The position numbers and the translations under genes were made by a program. Below, in pieces: positions 1 through 11,834 of a stretch of 64,000 nt of DNA (its first letter is position 1; every line of letters begins with the position of its first letter). The notes beneath the pieces were generated by a model. That model made no database searches, was not told the DNA's origin, and worked only from the letters and a program-made list of their open reading frames with translations. Origin of the DNA: Octopus sinensis (taxonomy: Eukaryota); assembly GCF_006345805.1 (NCBI RefSeq), contig NC_043016.1, forward strand, positions 21,948,001 to 22,012,000. Reading direction: 5' to 3'.

Positions 1-1157
1 GCTACACTGGCTCTCAGGTAGGAGACCCTGCTCTAGGCGTGGAATGAGGCGGTTGAGCAAAACTCTAGCCAGGATCTTGCCTGTGATGGACAGCAGTGAA
101 ATTCCGCGATGATTGTTGTAGACCTGGTGGTTTCCATTTCACTTGTAGAGGTGGATGATGGAGCCGTTCTTGAAGTCTTGAGGCACTGTCTCGTACATCC
201 AGATGAGCTGAAACAGCTGGTGAATTTTCCTGGTCAGGGCCATACCACCTTCTTTGAATACTTCAGCTGGGATGGAGTCCAGACCAGGTGCTTTGCTACT
301 GGACAGTAGGCGGCATGCTTTCTGAATTTCTTCCAAAGTTGGTTCAACGTCCATTGACTCCTCAACGGGGACTTGAGGTAGCCTATCAATGGCTTCACCA
401 TTGATGGTGGAAGGCCTATTCAGGACGCTATCGAAATGTTCAGCCCATCTCTCTAATACCTTTTCCTTGTCGGTGATCAGTGTTGCCCAGTCAGCACTAA
501 GGAGGGGAGACAGTGTTCTTGCAGTAGTAGGGCTGTAAACTTCCTTCAAGCTGTCATAGAAATTCTTCATGTCATTTCTGTCTGCAAAGCCCTGGATCAT
601 GTCTGCTTTGCTGCTAAGCCAGGAATCCTGCAACTTCGCTTGGATTTTGCTCTGTACAATCCGCAGTCTGTCCTTCTTTGAAACTGGCTTAGGGTCAGTG
701 AGGCGAGCTTTGTAAACACGATGTTTTTCCTCTAGTAGTTGCTTGATCTTTTTGGTAATCAATCGTCTGACATGCAAGCTATGTGCCCTTCCCAGCGAAG
801 CTGAGAATGCATCAAGATGGTATGGATGCTGGGCAGATTAGCATGTATTAGTACCTCGGTGTCCAGGAACCTGTCCTGCCACTTTGTATGAAAGTGGTTC
901 AGCTTCCTGGCATGATGCTGGTAGACCATCCAGCATTCGCAGCTGTAAAGCAGCGTTGTGAGAACAACAGCCCGGTACACCTTGATCTTTGTCATGATGG
1001 TGATCCCCCTCCTGTCCCAGACAGTCTTGCGTAGCCTACAAATAGCTACTAGGAGCCACAAATGAGAGCTGAGTGCAGGTGGGGACCAAGACGGATCAAC
1101 TACTCCGAGGAGGAGCACGACTGTTGCCCCGTCAGAGGTACTACGCTTCCTGTACAC
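1..1157 (-). mobile_element. RTE (BovB-like) LINE fragment, rearranged, runs off the window start
   Basis: Translations ERWAEHFDSVLNRPS, KAPGLDSIPAEVFK, NHRGISLLSITGKILARVLLNRL and KVYRAVVLTTLLYSCECW...QLRWEGH are typical RTE ORF2 segments. Confidence 0.85.
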
Positions 1158-1159
1158 CC

Positions 1160-1400
1160 CATACCTGTATATGCATACACCCTACACATGCATAAACACA
1201 GTATACACATACACATAGCTTCATATATACATACATACTTCATGTCTGTACACATACACACACACAATGCGCATCCATGCACACAAATATTAGCTTCATA
1301 CACACACATATTTGTTCTCACATACACACACATGCCCATACATACACATGGACACATTAACTTCAAATACTCATACACACATGCTTAATTCTCACACACT
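1160..1400. repeat. Degenerate (CA/TA)n microsatellite
   Basis: Alternating purine/pyrimidine low-complexity tract. Confidence 0.8.
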
Positions 1401-1743
1401 CATATGCCAGGTCACTGTTACCACCCAATCCTCAAACCAATCCTCCTACCACCCAATCCTCATACCAACCTCTTCCTCTTCTGGCATGCATTGTTCATTT
1501 AATTAAGACACACTTGTTTTTTTTTCACTCTACTTCTTTTCCTCCTGGGCTTTAACCTAATACACCCTATTTGTTGGGGTTTTTTTTTTAACCTTGTCTT
1601 CATTTTGTTTTTGTACCATATATTATATATTCACTGGTCATCCCAGTTTGATCCTCCCTGACTGAATTTCCTCCTTTCTTGGACTCCCTCATCTCTTTGA
1701 CCTGCATTTTGGATTATTGCCACCTCCCGAAGACTACCTAAGC

Positions 1744-1811
1744 ACTGAACTCTACCTAGATTACCACTGGAACTCTGTTTAGATTACCATTGTTACTCTA
1801 CTTATATTACC
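1744..1811 (+). repeat. Minisatellite, 3 diverged copies of a 22-23 bp unit
   Basis: actgaactctacctagattacc / actggaactctgtttagattacc / attgttactctacttatattacc. Confidence 0.65.
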
Positions 1812-1956
1812 ATCTTCCTGGATCTTACTCTGCACTGTTGATGATGTGTGTGTACAGTAGTAGTGACACTTAGCAGTGATGGGAAATAAACAAAATTTAG
1901 GTTAGTTTGTGACCTATTTTAGCTTCTAAAGGCAATATCAGTGCAATTTACTAAAG

Positions 1957-2232
1957 AAAAAAATTCTTGCTTATGGTAAACCATACAAAAACACTTTTAT
2001 CAGCTCAGTGGTGCCCCCTCTTGCTCCTTAGCCTTGCTCAGTAGGAGATACCCAAGGGAGATAATCCTGGGTAGATTACAAAGCAATGGGCTTATGGATT
2101 GATCAATACTATTGACTGACTTGCAGACTGCTTAGAACAAAAACAATAGTAATAGTGCTAAGCAGTGATGAAAGGACACCACTAAGCTGATAAGGGCATG
2201 TTTACACTTTTTACCATGGGTGAGCATTTTTT
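1957..2232. mobile_element. MITE-like element with imperfect ~55-bp terminal inverted repeats
   Basis: ttatcagctcagtggtg (1997-2013) is inverted at 2177-2193 with 1 mismatch; weaker similarity extends outward to A6/T6 ends. Confidence 0.5.
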
Positions 2233-2779
2233 CTATATGGTAAACTGCAATGAAATTACCTTGAGAAGTTAAAAATATGTCGCAAGCATTTGAACTAACC
2301 TGTAATCTTATTTCTCAAGTTAATGTGTGTGTGGTGTGTGTGTGTGCGCATATATGTGTTTATATTATACTTACGTGTGTGTATGTGTATATATATGTGT
2401 GCGTGTGTATATATATGTATACATGTGTATACCTCTTCCATTCACTAAGATGCTTAAGGATAACATGATTTGGTTCACTTACTCCCATCCTCTCCCCTAA
2501 ACTCATGACCCTCTCAATTCTCTTCTCTTTGTCTTTTTACACAGGTTTTATATGTAAACATACAGATTTAACAACCCCTCCTTTCTGTACTATTCTCTTG
2601 TACATTTTCCTTTCTTTTCCTTCCCCTCTACCTCATTTTACATATCTCTCTTCCTCTCTCAATCTCCTTTCCTTCTTCCTCTCTATACATATTCATCCTC
2701 ATAACTTAGCAGCCAACTTCTATTTCTTTGACTATATATATTGAACTACTTCCATCAACTGGTTTATATTTTAAAATGT

Positions 2780-2855
2780 TTTAACTGAAGAAGGTCTTGT
2801 GCAATGGAAGCATTTCCTATTATGTATTATGCAGACCTGAAATGTATGTATTAAA
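2780..2855 (+). ncRNA. Type-I hammerhead ribozyme-like motif
   Basis: TTTAA-CTGAAGA-AGGTCT...AGACCT-GAAA-TGTAT-GTA-TTAAA: stem I TTTAA/TTAAA, intact core, 6-bp stem II, self-complementary stem III, GUA site. Confidence 0.55.
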
Positions 2856-2878
2856 TGATTTTAAACCTCACTATTTGG

Positions 2879-2897
2879 ATTTACTTCATTATTAAAG

Positions 2898-2937
<40 letters not shown>

Positions 2938-3139
2938 ATTCAAGATTGATTTACCCTTCCTGGATATTGGCTATCAAGAAAAGGTGGTATCTGGAGATTG
3001 TTCTAATGAATAAATATCTGAAAATCTGCAAGTATCCTTTGAGTTTTTATACTGACAAATATGAATGGAGTGAGCCAGTCATTTTACTACTTCAATTTAC
3101 AGTTGTTTCTTCTTAATTCAAACAATCAATAGCTGTATG

Positions 3140-3197
<58 letters not shown>

Positions 3198-3855
3198 AGA
3201 ATATTTTTCTTCCTCGTGCTCTATCCTTGACCAGCCTAACTCTGGTCCCTCTCTCTCTCTTTGTTTCAATAACCACTTGCTTCTCCAACACTTCCACCAA
3301 CCCACCCTACCCCATATAAGCTGGCTAACTTGGATTCTGCTACTTTATTCTAATAACTCCACCAAAACAATACAAATCCAGAAGACGGTCTTCTCTAATT
3401 TCACAGTACTCCCACCCCAACCACCTGTACCGGAAGTCCTTATCCTCTGACATCTTTTGGTTGTCTCCCATGGACACTTCTAAGGGCCTCCCATCCCCAC
3501 CACCTGTACCAAAAGTTTGGTTGTCTCCCATGAACAATTCTAAAGGCTTAACACTTAGGGTTTATCTCCTATGTAAGTGTAGTGGGTCTTGCAAGCATGA
3601 AGTGGATTTGATCCACCATAGCCAAATTTAAATTAACACTGCAGCAGAACTTTTCCCATGGTGGAACAATGTTTTTCTCTGACAGCAGTTTTACATTTTC
3701 CAGATGCCTTTAGCTAGGCCGAAATAACGTCTTCACCACATTTACTTCATTATTACAGCTGTGTGTGTGCATTCAAGATTGATTTACCCTTCCTTGATAT
3801 TGGCTATCAAGAAAAGGTGGTATCTGGAGATTGTTCTAATAAATAAATATCTGAA
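2879..3855 (+). repeat. Pair of ~120-145 bp direct repeats (2879-3022 and 3740-3855)
   Basis: atttacttcattatta..(tg)n..cattcaagattgatttacccttcc...aaatatctgaa occurs twice with few differences apart from TG-tract length. Confidence 0.85.
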
Positions 3856-4464
3856 CCTTTCTAACCTCTTCTAATTCACCAAAAGCTAGAATAGAGATAA
3901 CAAGACCACCAACTAAATCTATTGTTCTCAATGACATATCTATCCTTCTGGATAGTTATAAAAGCAAGCACAACCCAAGCAAAAATCAGTTAGTCACAGT
4001 TGGTGACAACTCAATGAGTCCAGTCACATGGTGACAACTCAACGAAGTCTGGCTGACCAGCTAGAATATTGGTCAGAGGCAGAAATGGAGTTTACTGTCA
4101 GCAACTGTGAGATAATGTCCCACACCCTAAACTCTCACTAGCTCTAATTCTGTTCTCTTACAACATCATTCCCCACCACCATTATCTCAGCCAGCACTAC
4201 CTGATGGAGAAAGATTATACTTTGTGATATTAAGAATTAAAATTTATAAATTATACATTATAAATATGAATTAGTATATATATCAATCATGTAAAATCAA
4301 GTATATATCAAATACAGAATGTGAGATATAAGATTAAACATCAGAATAAAAATGTGTGTGTTTCAATGTGATATATAACAAGAAAAATTCAAATACCTAC
4401 ATATATATATATATATGTATATATGCATATATATATCTTTATATATATATACACATATGGGGAT

Positions 4465-4846
4465 GGAAGCACTCCGTCGGTTACGACGACGAGGGTTCCG
4501 GTTGATCCAAATCAGCGGAACAGCCTGCTCATGAAATTAACGTGTAAGTGGCTGAGCACTCCACAGACACGTGTACCCTTAACGTAGTTCTCGGGGATAT
4601 TCAGCGTGACACAGAGAGTGACAAGGCCGGCCCTTTGAAATGCAGGTACAACAGAAACAGGAAGTAAGAGTGAGAGAAAGTTGTGGTGAAAGAGTACAGC
4701 AGGGATCACCACCATCCCCTGCCGGAGCCTCGTGGAGCTTTAGGTGTTTTCGCTCAATAAACACTCACAACGCCCGGTCTGGGAATCGAAACCGCGATCC
4801 TATGACCACGAGTCCGCTGCCCTAACTACTGGGCCATTACGCCTCC
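4465..4846 (-). mobile_element. tRNA-derived SINE (family 1), young copy
   Basis: Minus strand begins ggaggcgtaatggcccagtagttagggcag (A box) ... ggtttcgattccc (B box); CpG-rich; homologous along its length to 59186-59550. Confidence 0.85.
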
Positions 4847-5049
4847 ACATACACATATGTGTGTATATATATACACATATACGTAAGTAAGTGTATATAT
4901 ATATATATCCTTATATGTATATATGTGTATATATACACATGAATGTATATATGTGTATATATACACATGAATGTATGTGTGTGTGTGTATATATATATAT
5001 GTATGCGTATGTATGTGTGTGTGTGTGTATATATATATATGTATGCGTA

Positions 5050-5080
<31 letters not shown>

Positions 5081-5763
5081 GTATGCGTATGTATATATGT
5101 GTGTATATATATATATATACACATGAATGTATATGTGTGTGTGTATATATATATGAATGTATATGTGTGTATATATATATGTATGCATATATTCATGTAT
5201 ATATGTGTGTGTATATATATATATATGAATGTATATGTGTGTGTATATATATGTATGCGTATATGTGTGTGTATATATATGTGTGTGTATATATATGTGT
5301 GCGTATATGTGTGTGTATATATATGTGTGCGTATATGTGTGTGTATATATATGTGTGCGTATATGTGTGTGTATATATATGTGTGTGTATATATATGTGT
5401 GTGTATATATATGTGTGCGTATATGTGTGCGTATATATATGTGTGCGTATATGTGTGTGTATATGTGTGTGTATATATATGTGTGCGTATATGTGTGTAT
5501 ATATATGTGTGCGTATATGTGTGCGTATATGTGTGCATATATATATGTATGCGTATATGTGTGCATATATATATGTATGCGTATATGTGTGTATATATAT
5601 ATATATGTATATATATGTGTGTGTGTGTATATATACACATAGATGTATATATGTGTGTGTGTGTATATATACACATAGATGTATATATGTGTGTGTGTGT
5701 ATATATACACATAGATGTATATATATGTGTGTGTGTGTATATATACACATAGATGTATATATA

Positions 5764-5797
<34 letters not shown>

Positions 5798-5812
5798 CAT
5801 ACACACATACAC
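4847..5812. repeat. Compound (TA/TG/CA)n microsatellite with higher-order units
   Basis: Dinucleotide mosaic with recurring units such as atatgtgtgcgt and gtatatatacacatagat. Confidence 0.95.
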
Positions 5813-6429
5813 ATCGTGCTGTAGTTCTTCCGGAAGCCGGCTTGTTCCCTCGGTTGTTGTTCGTCGAGATGACGTGATAACCTGTTCAGAATTATTTTAG
5901 TGAACAGCTTGTCCATGTGAGACAGCAGACATATAGGTCGGTAGTTCTTTAGATCTTCTCTATCACCCTTCCTATATAGCGCCAGCCTCATCCACAGTAC
6001 AGTTCTACCTGCAATGTTATATGGTAGTGAAACATGGGCTCCCACAAAGAGAGAAGAGCAGACTGGTAATGGCTCAAAGAGCCATGGAAGGGTTAATGCT
6101 TAGTATCTCATTGACAGAGCACATCAATAGTGAGATCATCAGAAAGAAGTCCAGCGTGAGGGATGTCATCGCAGAGTATACACGCAGCAAGTTTAGATGG
6201 GCTGGATACGTCGCCTGACTCACCGATAATCGGTGGACCCACACAGTTATTGAGTGGTACCCGCGCAAGCGGAAATGACCACCAAGAAGGCCTTCACGGC
6301 GGTGGAGTTACGATTTCAGGAGGACGATTGGGATCATGTGGATGAGAAAGGCGCGATCCAGAGAGGAGTGGACAGCGTGCTGTGACCAGCGGTGACAAAT
6401 GGACGCCCGATGGACTGGTCGGTCAAGGT

Positions 6430-6432
<3 letters not shown>
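5813..6432. mobile_element. RTE-clade LINE (second family), 5'-inverted copy inside microsatellite
   Basis: Minus-strand RT piece (DLKNYRPICLLSHMDKLFTKIILNRL...EQAGFR, ~5813-6010) abuts a plus-strand C-terminal piece (QRAMEGLMLSISL...KFRWAGYVA, to 6432). Confidence 0.85.
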
Positions 6433-6480
<48 letters not shown>

Positions 6481-6710
6481 ATATATGCATACATATCCTT
6501 ATACATCTGTAAGTGTATGTGCATATGTTTTTATTCATATATATATATGTAAGTGTATGTGAATATATCTATATATATTTATGCATATATATATATGTAA
6601 GTAGATATGTATATATATATGTGTGTGTATATACATATGTATTTATGTATATATATATCTGTATATATATATATACATACATATATATGTATGTATATGT
6701 GTATTTATAC
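6433..6710. repeat. (TA/TG)n microsatellite
   Basis: Direct reading. Confidence 0.9.
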
Positions 6711-6711
6711 A

Positions 6712-9405
6712 TATGTCATCATTGTTTAACGTCTTTTCCATGCTAGCATGTGTTGGACGGTTCGACCAGGGTCTGGGAAGCCAGGAGGCTGCACCAGGCT
6801 CCAGGCTGATCTGGCAGTGTTTCTACAGCTGGGTGTCCTTCCTACTACCAACCACTCTGTGAGTGTAGAGGGTGCTTTTTACATGCCACCTGCACAGGTG
6901 CCAGGGTTGGCTGGTAATGGCCATGATTGGTTCATGCTTTTTATGTGCCACCTGGACGGAAGCCAGTGAATGCGATGCTGGCATCGGCCACATTCGGATG
7001 GTGCTTTTTACATGCACAGTATCACAACTACAATTTCCATTTGATTTTTATTTTGAAGTTGATGTACTTGACTCAATAGGTTTCTTCAGGCAAAGCAGGT
7101 CGCCCTATGATCCAAGGTAAGCACAGCAGGCCGTCCTGCGATCCAAGATACTTTGGATAGGCTGGGGCTGCTATGTGAAGCTGGTGCAGGAAACAGCCAT
7201 GAACTCACGTTATTTGTCAGGTCTTTGCAGTCACAGCATATCTTCAGAGGTCTCAGCCTTTCGTCATTGCTTCTGTGAGGCCCAACGTTCGAAGGTGATG
7301 CTTGACCACCTCATCCCATGTCTTCCTGGGTCTACCTCTACCCTGGATTCCTTCAACTGTTTGGGAGTGGCACTTCTTCACACATCTCTGCTCATCCATT
7401 TGTAGTATATGACCATACCAGTGCAAACGTCTCTCTTGCATGCCACATCTGATGCTTCTTATGTTCAACATTTCTCTCAGGGTGCTTACACTCTGTCGTG
7501 TGTGCACACTGACATTACACATCCTGTGGATCATGCTACCTTCATTTCTTTCAAGCCTATGCATGTCCTCCGCAGACACAGCCCATGTTTCACTGCCGTG
7601 AAGCATGGCAGTTCGCACACATACATCATACAATTTACCTTTCACTCTGAGCGAGAGACCCTTTGTCACCAGTAAGGGAAGAAGCTTTCTAAACTTTGCC
7701 CAGGCTATTCTTATTCTAATGGTGACACTCTCTGAGCATCCACCTCCACTACTAACTTGGTCACCTAGGTAGCAGAAACTATTAACTACTTCTAGTTTCT
7801 TCCCCTGGAGTGTGATGGAATCTGTTTTCTGAGTATCTGTGGTGTCTATTGCCCCTGTGCATCTGCCACACGCGAAAGCTATCTTCTCGATTAGTTTTCC
7901 TTTGATGTTGCTGCACTTCTTATGCATCCATAGCTTACACTGGATACATCTTATGGAGTTTCTATCTACACCCTTTTCTACAGATCGAGCAGGGCCACCT
8001 ACCTGAGAGGGTGTGTGATGAGTTTGCCTTCCCACTTACTATAACTTTTGATTCTAAATCTAGCTTCCACACCTGAAATTTCTTCTCTAGTTCTGGTAGT
8101 GATTCTGCTATGAGGGCCAGGTCATCAGCATAGAGGAGCTCCAAGGGGCAACTCGTCTTGAATTCCTCTGTTATTGCCTGGATGACTGATGAATAAAAGG
8201 GGACTGAAGGCTGAACGTTGGTGGACCCCTACTTCTACCTGGAATTCTTCACTATACTCATTGCCAGTCCTAACCTTACTAATGGCCTCTCTGTATAGGG
8301 CCTATACAGCCCTTATTAACCATTTGTCAATCTCCAGTTTCCACATCGCCCACCAGATAAGGAATCAGGGGACCCTGTCAAAGACTTTCTCCAAGTCCAC
8401 AAAAGCTAAGTAGAGGGGTTTATCTTTAGCTAGGTATTTTTCATGCAGTTGTCAAACCAGGAATATGTGGTGCTTCAGTGGTGCTCCTTCTCAGCACAAA
8501 ACCGAACTGCATCTCATCTAAGCAAACTCTCTCCCTGATGAGATGGGCTATGACCGTCTCCGTGACCTTCATCACCTGATCCAGCAGTTTGATACCCCTG
8601 TAGTTATTTCTATCTAGAGCATCACCTTGTAGCAGTTGACTATGGTGCTGCTATGCCAGTCATTGGGTATGACTCCATTATGAACTACCTGGTTTACAAT
8701 GCAGGTGACTAGGCCATAGCCCACACCACCAGATGTTTTAAGCATTTCAGCAGTGATTCCTGATAGGCCAGGGGCTTTTCCTGGCTTCATACCCTTAATT
8801 GCTTTATCTACTAGGGAGCTGTCTATTAGGATAGCTGGTCCCTTTACTGGGTAAACATTTGGTAGGCTCCCCTCCTCCCATTCATTCTCCACATTCAGCA
8901 GTCTTTCATAATGGCTTCTCCAAGCCTCTTTCTTTTCAGAAACATTAAAAGCAAGTGCACCATCATCCATGCGGATGCATTTCTCTCCTGTGACATCACA
9001 ATTTTCTCTCACACACTGTCTAGCAATCCGAAATACCTCAGTTCTTTGGTCCTCACCTCTCTGGACATTGGCAAACTTCTTTTCCGCTTCACTCTTGGCT
9101 ATGTATACCTGCCACCCAGCTTCCCTTTTGGGTACCTGTTATTGTTCCCTTCCAGGCTTTCCAGGCCTGTTTCTTTGCTCTGATGGCTTTGTCTACCGTA
9201 CTATTCTACCACCACATAACTTTTGGTCTGGAAGGGACTTTGCACCATCCGCAGACTTGGTCTGTGGCACTCAGCAAGCTGTCCTGTAGGAATTTCCAGC
9301 TACGTTCTATGTCCAATTTCTGTAGCTCCTCCTCCCTCTCATCAAATTTCTTGATGAGGATGTCCCTAAATCTCTGACCATGTGAAGGGTTCTTTAGCTT
9401 CCAGG
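6712..9405 (-). mobile_element. RTE LINE (PHD-containing family), 5'-truncated, with long 3' UTR and (GAT)n tail
   Basis: KAPGLSGITAEMLK, LLYADDLALIA, FCYLGD, TAMLHGSETW, GRGRPRKTW in broken frames; 3' UTR shared with several other copies in the window. Confidence 0.9.
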
Positions 9406-9415
9406 TATATGTATG

Positions 9416-9451
<36 letters not shown>

Positions 9452-9547
9452 TATATATGCATAAATATATGTATAAATATATATGCTTATAATGTACGTA
9501 TATATACATATATATGTGTATATATGTATGTATATATATATGTATGT

Positions 9548-9790
9548 GTGACCCTTCTGTCCGACAGTCGCCATGATAGATCGTTAGCCACTACACACAT
9601 TTTCTTCTCTCATTTTTTTCTCTCCTTGTTTCTCTCATTTTTTTTCCTCTCCTTGTTTCTCTCTGTTTCCCTTTCTGTAGAAGAGCGTAGGCTCGAAACG
9701 TAAAAAACTTTTTCTATTCCTGAGCGTTATACCAATACATCTGTTTGTTTTGTACACCACCTGTCTTCGTCTTTTGTTTCTCCTTAAACT
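9548..9790 (+). mobile_element. Short CpG-retaining element in a (TA)n tract carrying a hammerhead-like motif (possible PLE pseudo-LTR)
   Basis: cttt-CTGTAGA-A-GAGC-GTAG-GCTC-GAAA-C-GTA-aaaa at 9671-9706; flanked by TA microsatellites. Confidence 0.45.
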
Positions 9791-9794
9791 CTCC

Positions 9795-10059
9795 ATATGT
9801 AAGTATATATGTATGTATATATATACATATATATATATATGTATATACATTTATTTTTATATATATGTATGCTTGTATGTATATATATATATATATACAT
9901 ACACACATACATATCTATTTGTATATATGCATATATATATATATGTATATATGTATATATATATACATATATGTATATACATTTATTTTTATATATATGT
10001 ATATATGTATATATATACATATATATATGTATATACATTTATTTTTATATATGTATGCT

Positions 10060-10128
<69 letters not shown>

Positions 10129-10288
10129 TACATATCTATATGTGTATATATATATATATACACATACATATCTATATGTATATATATATATATATATATA
10201 TACACATACATATCTATATGTATATATATACACATACATATATATATGTATATATATATACACATACATATCTATATGTATATATAAA
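9795..10288. repeat. (TA)n-rich compound microsatellite
   Basis: Recurring higher-order units catttatttttatatatatgtat and catacatatctatatgt. Confidence 0.95.
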
Positions 10289-10778
10289 TCGATCAATGGA
10301 AATTGCGGATGTGCTACCAGTGCCGGTGGCATGTCGAAACTCTGCTTGTGAAGACCCATTGAGGCAAGTGAGGATCAGAATCGAAATCGATCAATGGAAA
10401 TCGATCAATGGAAATTGCAGATGTGTTACCAGTGCCGGTGGCATGTAAGAGAACTTTCCGTTTCGCGACCGTTGCCAGCACCGCCCCATTTCGTGTCCGT
10501 TGCCAGCCTCGCCTGGCCCTCGTGCCGGTGGCACATAAAAAGCACCATCCGTTCGTGGCCGTTTGCCAGCTCTGTCTGGCACCAGTGCGGGTGGCACGTA
10601 AAAAGCACCCACTACACTCACAGAGTGGTTGGCGTTAGGAAGGGCATCCAGCCGTAGAAACACTGCCAGATTTGACTGGGCCTGATGAAGCCTTCTGGCT
10701 TCACAGACCCCAGTAGAACCGTCCAACCCATGCTAGCATGGAAAACGGACGCTAAATGATGATGATGATGATGATGAT
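10289..10778 (+). mobile_element. RTE 3' UTR fragment with (GAT)n tail
   Basis: gttggcgttaggaagggcatccag...catgctagcatggaaaacggacg + (atg)n; an internal segment is duplicated at 10289-10440. Confidence 0.85.
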
Positions 10779-10779
10779 A

Positions 10780-10997
10780 TCTATATGTATATATATATAT
10801 ATACACATACATATCTATATTTATATATATATACATACATATCTATATGTATATATATATATACACATACATATCTATATGTATATATATATATACACAT
10901 ACATATCTATATGTATATATATATACATACATATCTATATGTATATATATATATATATACACATACATATCTATATGTATATATATATTTACATATC

Positions 10998-11042
<45 letters not shown>

Positions 11043-11166
11043 CACATACATATACACATACATATCTATATGTATATATATATACACATACATATCTATA
11101 TGTATATATATACACATACATATCTATATGTATATATATATACACATACATATCTATATGTATATA

Positions 11167-11250
<84 letters not shown>
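10780..11250. repeat. (TA)n compound microsatellite
   Basis: Units of tacacatacatatctatatgta plus pure TA runs. Confidence 0.95.
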
Positions 11251-11252
<2 letters not shown>

Positions 11253-11745
11253 TTTGCTAAGGCTTTTAATTCTGTGCCACACAAAAGACTTATAGTGAAA
11301 CTCTGCAATGGGTGTAAGAGATGATCTCTATAACTGGTTGAAGTCCTTCATTATCGGCTAAAAAAGGTTGTCACAGTTCTAGGACAGCACTCTTCACCCT
11401 ATGAGATGACATCTGGTGTACCACAGGGATCTGTTCTTGGCCCCCTTTTATCTGTTGCATATGTTAATAACATAGATGCCAACTTAAAGAGTGCCACAGT
11501 GCTGAAATATGCAGATGACATCAAGCTGTACCTTGAAATAAAGAGGACAGATCCTGTACACTATAGATCTTTATTGCAATCAGACCTGGACACAATGCAG
11601 CAGTGGCTGTGGACAAATGTACCACCATGCATTTTGGGAGGAAAAACCCAGTGTCTACTTACTCCCTCTACAACACTAATATCAAAAAGTCTTCTTGTGA
11701 ATGTGACCTTGGCATTATAGTTGACAGCGATTTGTTTACCTAAAA
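11251..11745 (+). mobile_element. CR1/L2-group LINE RT fragment
   Basis: [39 protein letters not shown]. Confidence 0.85.
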
Positions 11746-11834
11746 TGGTTCTTTTAACATGCCTATACTACTTGGTAAAATTATTAATTAATTAATTTTA
11801 CCCTTTATTAATATTGATATATATATAATATATA

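Noticed and set aside
4826-6045. Long ORFs of 200-400 aa (YIYI/HTHT/CVCV)
   Set aside because: Translations of stop-free dinucleotide microsatellites. The same applies to the ORFs at 9745-11324, 29461-29864, 47844-49747 and 62243-62896.
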